The notes under the pieces: model-generated
What the model was told of the DNA's origin: nothing
Database searches by the model: none
Seen by the model: only the letters and a program-made list of their open reading frames with translations
Assembly (NCBI GenBank): GCA_002633005.1
Contig: NMRA01000508.1
Span: 165,250 to 229,249, forward strand
DNA length: 64,000 nt
Source of the DNA: Phoronis australis
Lineage: Eukaryota > Animalia > Phoronida
Direction: 5' to 3'
Shown here: positions 21,501-33,644 of the stretch, one piece after another
Numbering within the stretch: position 1 is the first letter of the stretch
Layout of the letters: the number at the start of each line of letters is the position of its first letter
Program-made: the position numbers and the translations under genes

Positions 21501-24500
21501 TTGCGGACACACCGTAAAAATATCTGGTGAACAGGTTGAATTCTGTTTCAGTGGCAGAGAACAACTTTGAATGATGCAATTTAGCCTGTTTTCGCGTTAC
21601 AGGCCTCTTTAACATCGCAAATACTTGTAAGTAGGATGCAAAATAAGCATATACCTCGGCGTAAGGTCCAGCGCATGCGCATCCACCACGTGACTGTATG
21701 CCGAAGAGGTCGTTGAGGACAGCCGCCACAAAGTTGTAGTGAAGCAACGTGTTTGAAACTGGATGACGAATGAGAAGCGAGAATATCGGTATTCTCTTCG
21801 CCGTGTGACTTCCCAGCACGACCAGGTTCTTGTTCCTTTTCCAAACCTTGAACGCTCTGTTGCATAACTCGTGTTCTCGTTGTTTGAGAATCAAGCTGTC
21901 GACGTTCTGTCACAAAAATGTTCTACAGTTAAACACAGCAACGGTTGCAGTGGGTTTCAAATAAGCAAACTGAACGTGTCTCATTCACTTGAGTAGGAAA
22001 ATATTGAGCAGGACGAATTAATAAATAAAGCTCAGTAGCTCACTCGCAACTGTAACGGCCTGAAGCACTGAAGGCGGGATGACAGGGTCAGGGACGTGTC
22101 GCAATCCGGGTCCCGCCCGCCCAGATCCTACCAAACAAACGGTGCCAACATGAAAACTGTTAGAGCTGTCGTGGTCATATTTTATGTCTTGATATGCTAG
22201 ATTCATAGCGCACGGATTCCATCCACCTTTGAACCATTTTGGCATCCAATGATTTGTGCATGTGTAAGACTTCGATCGTGGGAGTTTTATCTCTTCTCAT
22301 CGAAATATTTGTTCAATTCGGAACCAAACAACTGTCTATATCACATGATGTTGAGTAGAAGTAGCCTTTCTCACAAAAACCTTCACTTACCCATTTACTA
22401 CATTACAGCCTAGTACATGTACACTAGTCACCAGCCGACTAGAGAGACCTCTTTCGTGAAAATGTCATCACTTACCATCTTAAGCTGGAAGACCAACCCT
22501 GCACGAATGGCTTCCACAATAGCCGGTGTTCCACCTTCTTCTCTTGCTTCAATGTCTTCAACGTAACGATGGGCTTCACGGGTAACCTATGAGAACAGAA
22601 AGTTGGCAACACGTACAGTAATAAACTCAATTGTTTATTGAGAGGGATGTTTTGTTCCTTGTAAACAGCAGGTAACTAACAATGAAAGACGTCAAGCCAC
22701 CAAAAGATTTACCGAAAACTAATAAAACAGACTTTAGAAGACGAACAGCATAAGGAAACCAAATGGAGTGTGTTTCAATATGGATGGCTAACAGGTCTTC
22801 ATGAAGTTACGTCCCTTCAGCAGGTATGGTAACCGTGATCGATAGGCAAAATCACAGACTTTTCTTTCAATGATATTTTAGAATTTCAAAAAGTAAGCCA
22901 TTGAATCTCAGTTCAGTTTTAAAAGTAACAATCATTTCCATATTCCACACTTCATCGATACGTGTACATGAGGTGAAAGAGCAACTCCGGTGTACGTACG
23001 TAAACGACTGTTCCACCACCGCAACAGTGTGGCACCTTGTTCTGGAACAACTTCCGTTTGGCAATAAGTATTCCTGGCGTGCCAGGACCTCCAACGAACT
23101 TGTGTGGGGAAAGAAACACAGCGTCTTTACTCCTGCAACACAAGACCTCAGTTCCGTGGATAAGATCAAGAATCTGCGGTCGCCTGTACATAAACTGCAC
23201 GTTTCGGTGTTGCAACAGTCAAGAAAAAACAAAATAGGAAAGAAATATTGCTTACTCAACCTGGGCTGCGTTTTTTCGACGCAATAACCTCGCTTAAATC
23301 CAAGACTTTGCGAAATAACGCCGTATATTCCAAGCTGAGCACGAGAAGAATTTCTCGCAGTTTTCTTGGGTCCACGGAACGCAGCCCTGGTAGCAAATGT
23401 TGAGATAAACGTACTGCGCTAATTCCCACATATATTTTTTATTTTTTATATAATATGTCATAAAGACTCCATTTTGTCAAATGTGTTGAATACAACGAAA
23501 TCCCATATAAATAAAAAATAATGCACTTTTTTCTACCTCACCAACAATGTGGAAATGTACTTTGTCCGGCTCTTCATTTTTAATTGTCAATGACGTCATT
23601 GTCACTTGTTTCCTTTGACATAAGGCATGCACTCTGAACACAAATTACTGTATCACTTCCTGTCGTCGCAAACATCAAGCTAAATGCTTATACAAATTTA
23701 CATTTCCCCGTTATTTATATTTATTTTCCCAGATATCATGTAATCTTAAAATTTATAGATCTTATATGCTAGTCGATTCTTGGTTAATTACGTCAAAATT
23801 GTGTGAGTTTTTTCTTAAAATAAGCTCAGATGGGAGAGGCAGCCCTCCTTGAATTGAATATGCGGCGGACGTTACTACAGAGCTAAAGTTGGGTAACTGG
23901 CCTCATACATATAGATAATGCACATGTTTACCAAATTTCACGCTTTTATAGAATTTGAATGATTTGACTTTTAGTCATGCTTTGTTGCTACCGTCATCTC
24001 AAAGCACACTTACGTCGAAATTGACGGATTGACATCAATGTCTAAATAAGGTCCTGCTGTAGCATAATCCCAAAACACGTGGCCGCCATACTGGTGGACA
24101 ACACGCGTAATCTCGTTGGTATTCGTGATGATACCCGTGATGTTGCTCGCAGCGCTGAACGATGCGATGATGTTGAAGTCGTCATTGCAATGTTGCTGCG
24201 AATAGACGAGAGGCAAACTTCAGAAAAACGACTTTAGCAGGTACAAACCAATTACAGAAGGACGGAAAGTTTGCATACAATCTTGAAAGATCGGCAAAAG
24301 TGATTTATTGCACTGATAGAAAAATCGTGATCGGCGGAACATTTGCCGAACATAACTGCAACTTGTCCCATGTAGCGAGTATCAATTTTTTCAGGTCAGT
24401 TCAGATTGAAATTAGATAAAGCTTTCTGAAAACGAATGCAATATTTGTTTAAACGGGTATTTTAAATACAATCGACGTCAGATTTAAGTTACCCTTATGG

Positions 24501-27500
24501 TCTTCTTAATTTACGAGAAGACATTGCCGTACATTGGTTCTCAAGAACAAAGAAAACCTCCAAGCTTAACGATAAATCTACCAATTACTTATGGATTTGT
24601 CTAAGAGAAATTTCACCTTTAACTGGAGCACCAGGTCGGACGTATTTATTTGTCCACCGTGTTTAGTCTCTGATATCCGCACAACTTTTGCTCCGACTTC
24701 CTTCCACGGTAAAATATTCGAATGGTGCTCGTAGGGGCCAACGAACACCACCTGCATGTGAATAATGAGGAAGAGATTTTATCATTTTGGTTAGAATAGT
24801 CTTGAACACGATGACAAATAAATGACCACGGCAACAATGGTGATGGCGAATGAACGCGCTTCCTCACCAGACCAGCACCCGTGTTGTGTAAAACATATAC
24901 GAAAAATTGAAATTGACGGTTTACTCACCGTCTTTTTGTTGCTTTCTCGAAGATTGAGTACTCCAATTAGCTTGTGCACAGCCCCTGTGACGCCATTTCC
25001 GGTAAATATAACAACGTCATCTTCCGACGCGTTCACGCATTTCTTGATTATTTGCCTAAGGGAAACAGAAGGCACATATTCTACACCATGACTTTTAATT
25101 TTCAACATTTGATGTTTTGAAGAAAACTGGCCGATTGCTCTTGATATGTTTAGGAAAGCTTAGCAGCTTGAAAATGTAAAACGACGGTGGCAGAAATTCC
25201 TCAAATTGCAACTTTTGACGTTTTGTAATGATGCCAATGCATATTGACATATATCTCCCTTTCCAAGAACTTCAACGGTACCAGTCACTGGAACAGTCAT
25301 TTCGTTACTCCGCAATCGTACCTAGCTTCCTCCCGTAGATATTGGGTGGTTCGCCCTGTAACGTTGGCAGTTGTGTGTGTGTTGGCGTATAACTCGTACA
25401 CCTGGTCAATGATGAATTGCTCCATGTAGCGCAGAGGCCGACCAGAGGCAGTGTAGTCACAGTAGACGACTAAAACGGAAGTGAGAAGTGACGCTTATTG
25501 AAATATATCGGTTCGACACAAATCCACGTCAGATTCTCCACTTCAAGGATTACATGGGTCAGTTGGTACTATATTTAAGTCCCGTTCACACAAAGAATCA
25601 ATCCAGCACAACTTGCACTAATGCACAAACATACATGTATTCACAAATAATTATATGTAGCTAATGGCGGATGTTGTCGCTCTGCACATGAAAATAAACT
25701 TCGCTGATGAGCGCGAAACGAATGACATGTATGTGTACTGCGCAAGCTCGCAGCAGATAATTTCTTACGCCTTGCGCCAGGTTTGCGGCCACACGGCGAT
25801 TAGGAGTGACGCAAAACTTACCCTAAAACAACTGTTATCTTTCCTACATAGTGTGGACAAAGTTGTCACAAGTTAAAATAACGTCCAGTGTACAGCTAGC
25901 CCCAAAACTTAGAAACAACTCATTCACACGGAGTAACTTGCTTTAGGGTAAATCTGTACGTGGACGGCACATTTATTTGATGATTCAGGCCCCCAATTTC
26001 AAAGAGGTACTGTCAGGGCTAACGCTAGCGTTTTTCCTTTAATACCAGTAGTTGTCTCCCCTGTAGACATTTTACATCGGCAAGTTTAAAGGAGAATGCC
26101 ACCCGATTTAATTAGTCTTTTTTGCCGTCTTTATCGGTCTATATCCAAATCGCCTCGCATACGATCGACCTTACCTTGCCAAGAGGTGTCGCGTTAACCT
26201 GTGAGGAAGGTGAGAAACGACGCTAGCGACGTCTGTGGTTCATATGCAGAGTGAATGCCGCTATGTTTCGGTGCATCGTTCCCGCTTGTCCAAACTAAGC
26301 AGTTGCGAGGAAAGTGGGTATAACGTTTTTTTTTACTTCCTCGAGAGTCTGAAATGCTTAGGAAGTGGCTCATGGTAGTGAAGAATGAAGTGTACGCTGT
26401 AAATAGCAAGTATGAGGCCGTAAAACATCTCCGTGTCTGTGGCCTGCAGACGCCGACAGTGCCTGACGAATGCCGGCTTACCAAACAACTCCATACGTTC
26501 CGTTGTCTGAGCTTGTTCACGGCGCCTCTCTAGTATTTCTTCATCACTGTATTCCTGTTCGAATTGATATCTTGTAAAACTTACGATCCACCTGCGAAGT
26601 CGGGACTGATGAGCTCTAGCTCGTCCTAAGTCGGGATTGCCAGTTGCCATGTTGGTGTTTATCATTGAGCGTTCTGTTTCAAAATGAATTATTCTCACCC
26701 TAACCAATACTTATATAAAACTGAAACAAAGTATAGTCTCATTAGATGCAATTTGTAATGCCTTTGGAGTGTTCGTGAGAGCAAATGATTTGAGAAGCCA
26801 GCAATGAATAAATAAATCACTGCGTTACCGGCTTTAGGTGCAATAAAACTAATTGACGGTACACCTAGGCCGTTTGAGCTTATGCTAATTTAGTTTTTTG
26901 TTGGCAGAAACTGTTGTGAAACAACTCAATTTCCATCCCACGGCCAGGTGTTAGGGGAATCTTTATTTACATTTACATTACTCAAATAATGATTGTCAAT
27001 GTACAACTTCTGCCCTGACGGTGCTGTGGCCAAACCGGAACCCGACTCTCGCGGCCCCCGACGGTGAGTAAGTAGATTTGCGGTTTCGTGGCTAATTCAC
27101 CAACATAATCAGGTGCACACTACTTTGGCTCACTAGTATAGTATTTTCTTAACTGGAAGTTTAGTTTCCACTGAACTTTGGCTGATTTATGTTCGTGATG
27201 TCTGATCAGTTTACGAGCCACTGGCGGGGATAACGAGTCAATCCGACCGGCCGCAACGGGCTTGATCGTGCTCCGAGCCACTGGCCAGGCTAACCAGGGT
27301 TTTGTGTTGAGAACTCAAAAAATCACAAGTCTAAACAACACAGGTCTAGATTTTCCTGTCTGTATCTCATGGAAAATACTTCGAAATTATCTATTCCGAC
27401 CCCAAACTCCTGCTACGGACCTCCGTCATTGGTCTGCCGAACTTTGTAGGCTACGGTGTGTCCAGATACCAATAAATCCGTAATAGCGAAATAAAACAAC

Positions 27501-29032
27501 ACGTTTTTATAAGAATTCGGTGCGTTTTTAATGGTTTTACACCGAAGTTTGGTGATTTATTGGTGTTAAACGATGACTTCAAGCGATAAGCTGATACCAG
27601 TAACCCGTGTTGTGAACTGCTGAACAGACTGCGTGTGAAACCGATGACGTCATTGGATAATTTCAACAATTCCGTCTGCCGTCAGGTGTCAGGTAACGCA
27701 ACCGTACGTGTCGTTATGGAGTAGAACTACTCGATCTAAATTGATACAAATTAGGTTGTTTTTGGGTGGCATGCTTCTTTAACAACACTGGTCCTTGTAT
27801 AAGCCGCTGCCCAACGTATCCCAATTAGTCGTATCCGATTTTGCTCGACTTTGTGTCGGGGTTTGTATACCAGTCGTCCAAAAGTCGTGTGCGATTTTAT
27901 AGACGTCCAGAGCAATAGGCCCTACATCTCATTTCCTAACCCGATAGTCATGAACGGTTCTTACCGGTTGGATTACTGCAGGCACCTACCATTGCCCCTG
28001 AGTAGCCTACGTCTTTATTTTGGGGACTGGGTAAAACAAATAGATGTCCGTGATAACCGCTGTATTTTCACGACAGTTTTCTTCCCCACCCATTTTATAT
28101 CCTGCGAATTATAAAACCTACGTCCGCCATACAAAATTTAAATTTTTCATTGCTTGGACGGGCAACAGAAAAAAAGAGAAATAACACGAGTCACAATTGT
28201 TGTTCCTTTGTTGACGTGTCATCCTGTCTTGTGTAACGTTCCTTTTATAGCAACACAAGTCTCGTGTAGACAATTAGGGCTTACCAGAGAGACCCTAATG
28301 CCCCTAAAGACTGCCGTGAAATTTGAACGCGGAGCGCGTCATGGTCGACCGAAAATCGGTCCAAAAGTGAACATGCTCTTCTCAAATCGACAAGTCGTAC
28401 ACATACATGTATGTTAGGTTGAGAAGCCGAGCCTGGCATCGGTCAGTCGTACAGTATTTACAACAGCAGACTGTTAAGTAGTAGAAGACAAGCTCGCCAA
28501 TAGACAGAGCTAAAGGTTACAAAGACTAGTTTCTGTCAACAATTCCTGACAAGTTTAATGTGCATCTATCTAAACCAGTGATCTAATCAGCAGAGTAGGG
28601 CACAGAACAGACGGGCAGACAAGATAATTGCTGTTTGCTAATTGTTTTTAATACAGTCGCTCATCTTTAGTCGCTAATATTCATAGCCATTACCTAGATC
28701 GTGTGCTTCCATATGGTTATATCGTCGCTAAATGAGCGCTAAACATATATACCTATAATCACCGACCTGAAGTGTATTTTAGCTGTCCCTCTAGTGTCAA
28801 TCAGTGAAAACACGCCTACATGGCCGGCCATGTTGGATAGCTCGTGATACGTACAGTGTATCTTTGGTAGTGTAACGTCGAACGGATGATGAGAGCGCCT
28901 GAGGTTTTTGCGGGTATACATTACATGGATTTCAAATTGAATTCATTTAGAGTTTTTTGCGTTATCAAATGTGTACCTGTCTTTTGCCCATACGGACTCT
29001 TGAATGTGGCATCTTTTCCAATTAGATTATCA
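15575..29032 (-). CDS. Class-V PLP-dependent aminotransferase / probable cysteine desulfurase (SufS/CsdA-like fold), 5'-partial, at least 610 aa, at least 14 coding exons
   Basis: complement(join(15575-15823,16339-16392,18578-18721,19249-19360,20708-20749,21106-21194,21655-21906,22476-22586,23000-23132,24014-24195,24617-24751,24929-25055,25322-25469,28977-29032)). All GT-AG and phase-consistent. Motifs: SPYGQKTVVYCDYTASGR, YANTHT, VIFTGNGVTGA, GPYEHHSNILPW, SFSAASNITG, FWDYATAGPY, SPHKFVGGPGTPG (PLP lysine), REEGGTPAIVEAIRAGL, RGGCACAGPY (catalytic-Cys region), KPGFTRLNL, LVWFTTP. The 23000 exon has an alternative in-frame acceptor at 23183. The first exon is cut at the n at 29033. Confidence 0.9.
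16398..16443. repeat. (AAT/ACT)n microsatellite
   Basis: Imperfect trinucleotide run next to the acceptor of the 16339-16392 exon. Confidence 0.85.
17480..18520. repeat. Degenerate ~125-160-bp tandem repeat with CTCF-like core
   Basis: Recurring ccactaggtggcac-like cores at ~17615, 17777, 17904, 18027, 18184 and 18328, with recurring cattatgatcct..ggttt..gat..agaggcagacgcc blocks. Confidence 0.6.
19650..20385. repeat. Degenerate ~144-bp tandem repeat, 5 units, with CTCF-like core
   Basis: Cores at 19670, 19807, 19951, 20097 and 20242 (spacings 137, 144, 146, 145), with repeated aaagatcctg..ggtttaggaga.acagc and agtcgtcatcgtc blocks. Confidence 0.7.
21500..21612. repeat. Dispersed repeat shared with ~31825-31935
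   Basis: aaaata.ct.gtgaacaggttgaattctgtttca...cagagaac..tttgaat.atg.aatttag.ctgttttcgcgtt..a..cctctt is present at both sites; the CTTTAA-like end suggests a DNA-transposon terminus. Confidence 0.6.
23264..23386. mobile_element. Short PIF/Harbinger-like MITE
   Basis: TIR GGCTGCGTT / AACGCAGCC with CTG duplicated on both sides (23261-23263, 23387-23389). Confidence 0.6.
26090..27778 (+). mobile_element. Internally deleted Kolobok DNA transposon in an intron of the desulfurase-like gene
   Basis: TTAA on both sides (26086-26089, 27779-27782) and 15-bp TIRs AGGAGAATGCCACCC / GGGTGGCATGCTTCT. Decayed THAP N-terminus on + from 26263 (MFRCIVPAC..PRESEMLRKW..LRVC). Convergent KolX-like N-terminus on - (MATGNPD..YQFEQEYSDEEILER). 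Confidence 0.8.
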
Positions 29033-29033
29033 N

Positions 29034-30032
29034 CGGTGGGCCAGATTTTGTAGGGCCTCTAGAAAATGGTTTTTGTGAGTACTTTAGGGGGGCAATTTTA
29101 TTTTGGTGTTTTTTAATTCATTTATTAGAGTGTTTTCAAAATCTAAAAAGTTCCCACATATAAAGTTGCACATTTTTTAGAAATTTGAGTTTGAGGTTAC
29201 CTAATAATCACCAAAGAGCTTAGTAAACTTACATGTATATTTGTAAAAACAACAGTTTTGGTGACTTTTTTGTAAAACAAGTAATATGGTCCCATCAGTG
29301 CCATTGTATTGAACAATATTACACTCACATTACATGTTTTACTATTGTAGATTAATTGTAAACAGTGAAATTTAAAAAATGTAAAGAGAACCTAGTGGCA
29401 AAAATGCAAACTAAGTCTGAATGTTACTAGGAAGTTATTCTGGCATTGTCAGGCAACGAAAATAATACAAAACACTTGAGACTGGGCACAATTTGTGCCT
29501 CAATGACTAAAACATTGACTAATGGTGTAAAATACAGCTTGTTTGCATAATACACAAAAAATACGTAATAGTACAAAAACAATATAGTTGAATGATCTCT
29601 GTGAGTGTGCACAAAGACTGTATGAAAATAATAGATTATTCTGACAGCGTTTATCAAGCAGTATGAGACAAATACATGACAATGATCAAAGTATGTACTT
29701 TCTATGACTTAATCAATAAATAAAATTAACTTTTTAATACAAAAAAGGAAAACCGGGTTGGAGGTCTATTTAGGATTGACTTGTCAAAGAACTATCCAAT
29801 GTTATGAAGTCAGTGTTGCTGATGTTACTACAGTTGTCACAGCTGCACATTTCTGTACAGTTTGACCCAGCATTGCAGCACAAACTCAGTTTCCCAGCAC
29901 ACATGTGCTTTTTGCACTTGCAGCGTTCATCGTTTAGTACTGTCCATGGAGATGCTGTCATTGCCAGGCATATTAACTGCAAAGCTCCACAGCCAAGGAG
30001 CCAACTATGGTCGATTAGAGAGGGTGCAGCAC
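29034..30032 (-). mobile_element. DNA-transposon 3' remnant with Cys-rich (CXC/Cys8-type) finger, Academ-like
   Basis: ORF 29770-30057 reads PSLIDHSW..W..RCKCKKHMCAGKLSLCCNAGSNCTEMCSCDNCSN, resembling the PSP..HGW + Cys8 C-terminus I recall for AcademX proteins. AT-rich sequence follows up to the n join. Family tentative. Confidence 0.5.
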
Positions 30033-30815
30033 TGGCTACGTATAGGCTCTCCCGCAATATGCCAGGCGACCGGCAATGGTGCTGCGCACTACGACTCCGT
30101 TTCCGCCGTCTGCTTTCCTGTGCAATGAAGAAAATTACTTCATTTTTTAAAGAAAATGGAATCTGAGTGACGATGAAAAAACAGAAGCTGCTGGTAAGAT
30201 GTGAATTTTAGTTGAAGCTTTAGTGAATCACTCAGAAACTCATAATTCTCTCTTTGTCAAACCTTAACTTAAGACGATTTCCAAAGTAATCGCGTCATAA
30301 ATGCCAACACAAAAAACGGATTTGTTTTTTTGGGCAATTGAAGACTATTTTAAGTACAACAAATTTGTTACGAACTGATTGAATAAAATATAGAAAGTGT
30401 AATAAGCATTACAAAAAGAAGTAAGTTTCGGGCGCAAACGCTGTGGACCATAAACAGGTAGGTATCTTATTACCAAATTATGAGTGAAATCGTGGTGGTG
30501 CAGTGGTAAAGCACGCGCCCTCTATCCGCCAGATCGTGAGTTCGACTCTGAGATAATTGCAGTTTCTTATGTTTGATTGACACGTTCTCCGATTTTTTTT
30601 ATTTTTTTTTTTATATTTTTCTTTGCCTTTTTTTCTTGGATAATACTTCAGGAATCAAGGAAAATGCTTGATTTTTAGAGGAGAAAACAGAAAAATTTTA
30701 TTGGGCGCGAGGGGGTTGGCACCCATTCGGTGCTATGCGCATCTAATCGTGCTTTGCACAAATGTTTTCAGACAAAATGTTTGCCCCCTGTTGTGATATC
30801 CTAGATCCGCCACTG
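30033..30815. mobile_element. ~0.75-kb non-autonomous repeat (copy 1) with internal tRNA-like A/B boxes, ending GATCCGCCACTG
   Basis: Colinear, high similarity to 41813-42524. gtggtgcagtggtaa..gttcgactc at ~30493-30548. The end is the reverse complement of the CAGTGGCGGATC terminus common in invertebrate MITEs. Confidence 0.75.
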
Positions 30816-32204
30816 ACAACGCAGCATTATTGACACACCTTCGTTTCCAAGCCGCCATTTTACGCGGCAAATAACACGTTTGTTAGTCGACATTACGCAA
30901 GGGGGCGGTGCTTGCGTTAGGTCAACTGCTGGCAGAGTGTTGGTTCACGTGCTATCTAGTTTTGCATGGTACCCAAGGTAGACTACAGGATGCGGCAGAA
31001 AAACCTGAAACATTTAAACGGCAAAAATCTGGTCAACAGTACCTCTATACATGTGTACAGACTATAAAACCAATGGACATTTTTGGAAAACCAATTCTTT
31101 ACAATGAGCTCCTTGAACACTTATTTCACAGCTAGAATGGCTAAGTGTTGTGATTTTCGACGTTAAGAGAGACATGAAACACGAAAGTTAGTCAAAACAA
31201 AAAAATCATTAAACAATTCCTGACGAAAGTAACATCTCGCAACGTGTATTATAGAGTTTTTCACTTTCCCGTGTGAGGGAGTTTCAAGAAAAAAAACCAC
31301 AAAATTAACGAGTTTTGAAATACACACTGAGGAAAATCTCTGTAGTCACCACAGAGTTTCTCATCTTTCTCCCTCTTATGTTAAATGCGCACATGTGCTC
31401 ACAATCATTCTACAAACCGCTGACTTACAAGATGGATCTCAACGGCAGATTATCTTGTGTCATCGCACTACGAATGTGTGGTCGACAGCACAGTATGATG
31501 CAAGCCATTAAACCAAGCAATTTTCCAAAAAGAATTTCAAGTGCATTTTTGAATATAGTTGAATACTACGATACCTTTTTAACTAAATTTCAACTGTTAG
31601 ACCTCTGATTGATTGCTGCTTGAAGTCGCCATTGTTTTGTTTATATCAAAGGTCAAAGGTCACATTTTCCATATAAATGAAAAGCGTTACGTCTGTTTTC
31701 CTAAACAAAATACGGAGGCGTGCATTGCTTTGTGTGAGAAAAATGGACGAAGTGACGATTACCTGACAGATCATTTTTGAAATTTGAAGCAAAATGCTTT
31801 GACATCCACAGAAATTAATTTTTACGAACAAACCGGAAAAATACCTAGTGAACAGGTTGAATTCTGTTTCACAGACAGAGAACCATTTTGAATAATGTAA
31901 TTTAGTCTGTTTTTCGCGTTCCATACCTCTTCAATGCGCGCTTTTCAGCTATGTGGTTTATGAATAGTAGTTCTTGTGTGACAAAACGTGGTTATTGACG
32001 GAGTAGTTTTAGGGTGTAATTTGTGATATAACGCGGTACTGCAAGATTAATTTGGTTTGTTTTCATAAGTAATCCTAGTTTGCTGTATTTTCCATCAACG
32101 TTTTAATTTGTTTTCTCTTCTACTGTAATGCATCTGCAGAAATAAGACCGATGCAGGGGTGTAGAACGTCTTGAAAACAAGTGAAGTCCGGGATTCTAGG
32201 AGAA

Positions 32205-32509
32205 NNNNNNNNNNNNNNNNNNNNNNNNNNNNNNNNNNNNNNNNNNNNNNNNNNNNNNNNNNNNNNNNNNNNNNNNNNNNNNNNNNNNNNNNNNNNNNNN
32301 NNNNNNNNNNNNNNNNNNNNNNNNNNNNNNNNNNNNNNNNNNNNNNNNNNNNNNNNNNNNNNNNNNNNNNNNNNNNNNNNNNNNNNNNNNNNNNNNNNNN
32401 NNNNNNNNNNNNNNNNNNNNNNNNNNNNNNNNNNNNNNNNNNNNNNNNNNNNNNNNNNNNNNNNNNNNNNNNNNNNNNNNNNNNNNNNNNNNNNNNNNNN
32501 NNNNNNNNN
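32205..32509. other. Assembly gap (305 N)
   Basis: Run of n. Single-n joins also occur at 20383, 29033, 52142 and 58692. Confidence 0.99.
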
Positions 32510-33644
32510 GGATTCGCATGAAACTTTCAAGTGTTACGCTTTGTGTGCTGTTCTCCAAAACACTGGAATTGTTTTTCCAATGTCCCTCTTTTGCATGAGA
32601 CGCTACCAAATAATAAATAGGATTGATATGATTTTCGTCAAAAAACTTTAAAGTTGCGTAAAACGAAAACGTAACAGTGTTTTTGAATATTTATCTTGAA
32701 CATTTATATCTCTTGAAATTTGCTCATATTATTGATCCTGTTGGTTTGCTCTTCATGCAGGCCCTACCAGACTCTTTTTTATTTAAAGCTATGGTCACGT
32801 GATCAAATTAATTAAATTACACATTAGTATTAAGTCAAAATCTCCTTCGATATTAACCATTATGAATAAATATCACACAAACGTTTGCCTGCGACACTGT
32901 TTGAGGATGTGTGCGGTAAAATTGACTTGCATTATGAAAAGTGGTCGTTGCGTGAGTGTACATGTAGGTGAAGGTTGATATCTATTGCCGGTATCCTGTT
33001 TCAATGCAGCATGTATAATAGTGCAGTCCCACGTAGTCGCGATAAAGTTTCCAATCAAATAGGCAGTCATTTCCCGTGAAAAATGTATTACACCAGAAAC
33101 ATAGTAAGCAATAGACAGAGCTCAATATGGTGACGAGTGGGTTGGCAGGAGAAATGGTAAAAATTGATTGCAGGGAAAATTTGAAGAGCTGTACGTAAGC
33201 TTTCGGAGTCTGGCACAACATTTTTTTAATTTTGGTCGCCCACGCCGGATTCGGTTTCGGCAACCTGAAACTTCGTCAATCGTTTTTGTCGCCAAATTTG
33301 ACATCATACTTGGCGACCTCATCAGACAAGTCGCCACGTGCTACATCGCGTTAAGCTACATTGTAAGCGTCGGGCGCTTCAGGTTTAGGGTTGCACAACA
33401 GTGAAGTGATGTAATTGGGAATTTAGGAGACCGTAAATCCCGCTAGGGTGAGGCGATTTCCGGATATACTTCCCTAGTACGTGATTTCAGGTCTGGACTA
33501 GAGGATCTGGACTGCGCGCACTTCGACTGGCACAAAGTCTTCGTGTCCACCTACATTTACTAGATTGAATTTTTACAAAGACGTAACCGTTTTCGTAAAA
33601 ATTTTGCAATATTGAAAAGAAGACCTTGCATTATAAGCAGACTA

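Noticed and set aside
26333-26707. 124-aa ORF as the first exon of the desulfurase-like gene
   Set aside because: It lies within the Kolobok element and is a KolX remnant; the real upstream exon is at 28977-29032.
30490-30550. Possible tRNA genes here, at ~1003-1035 and at ~10930-11005
   Set aside because: A/B boxes are present but I could not fold a full cloverleaf; they sit in repeats, so they are SINE-like.
32120-32651. Long ORFs in the track
   Set aside because: Artefacts of the N gap.
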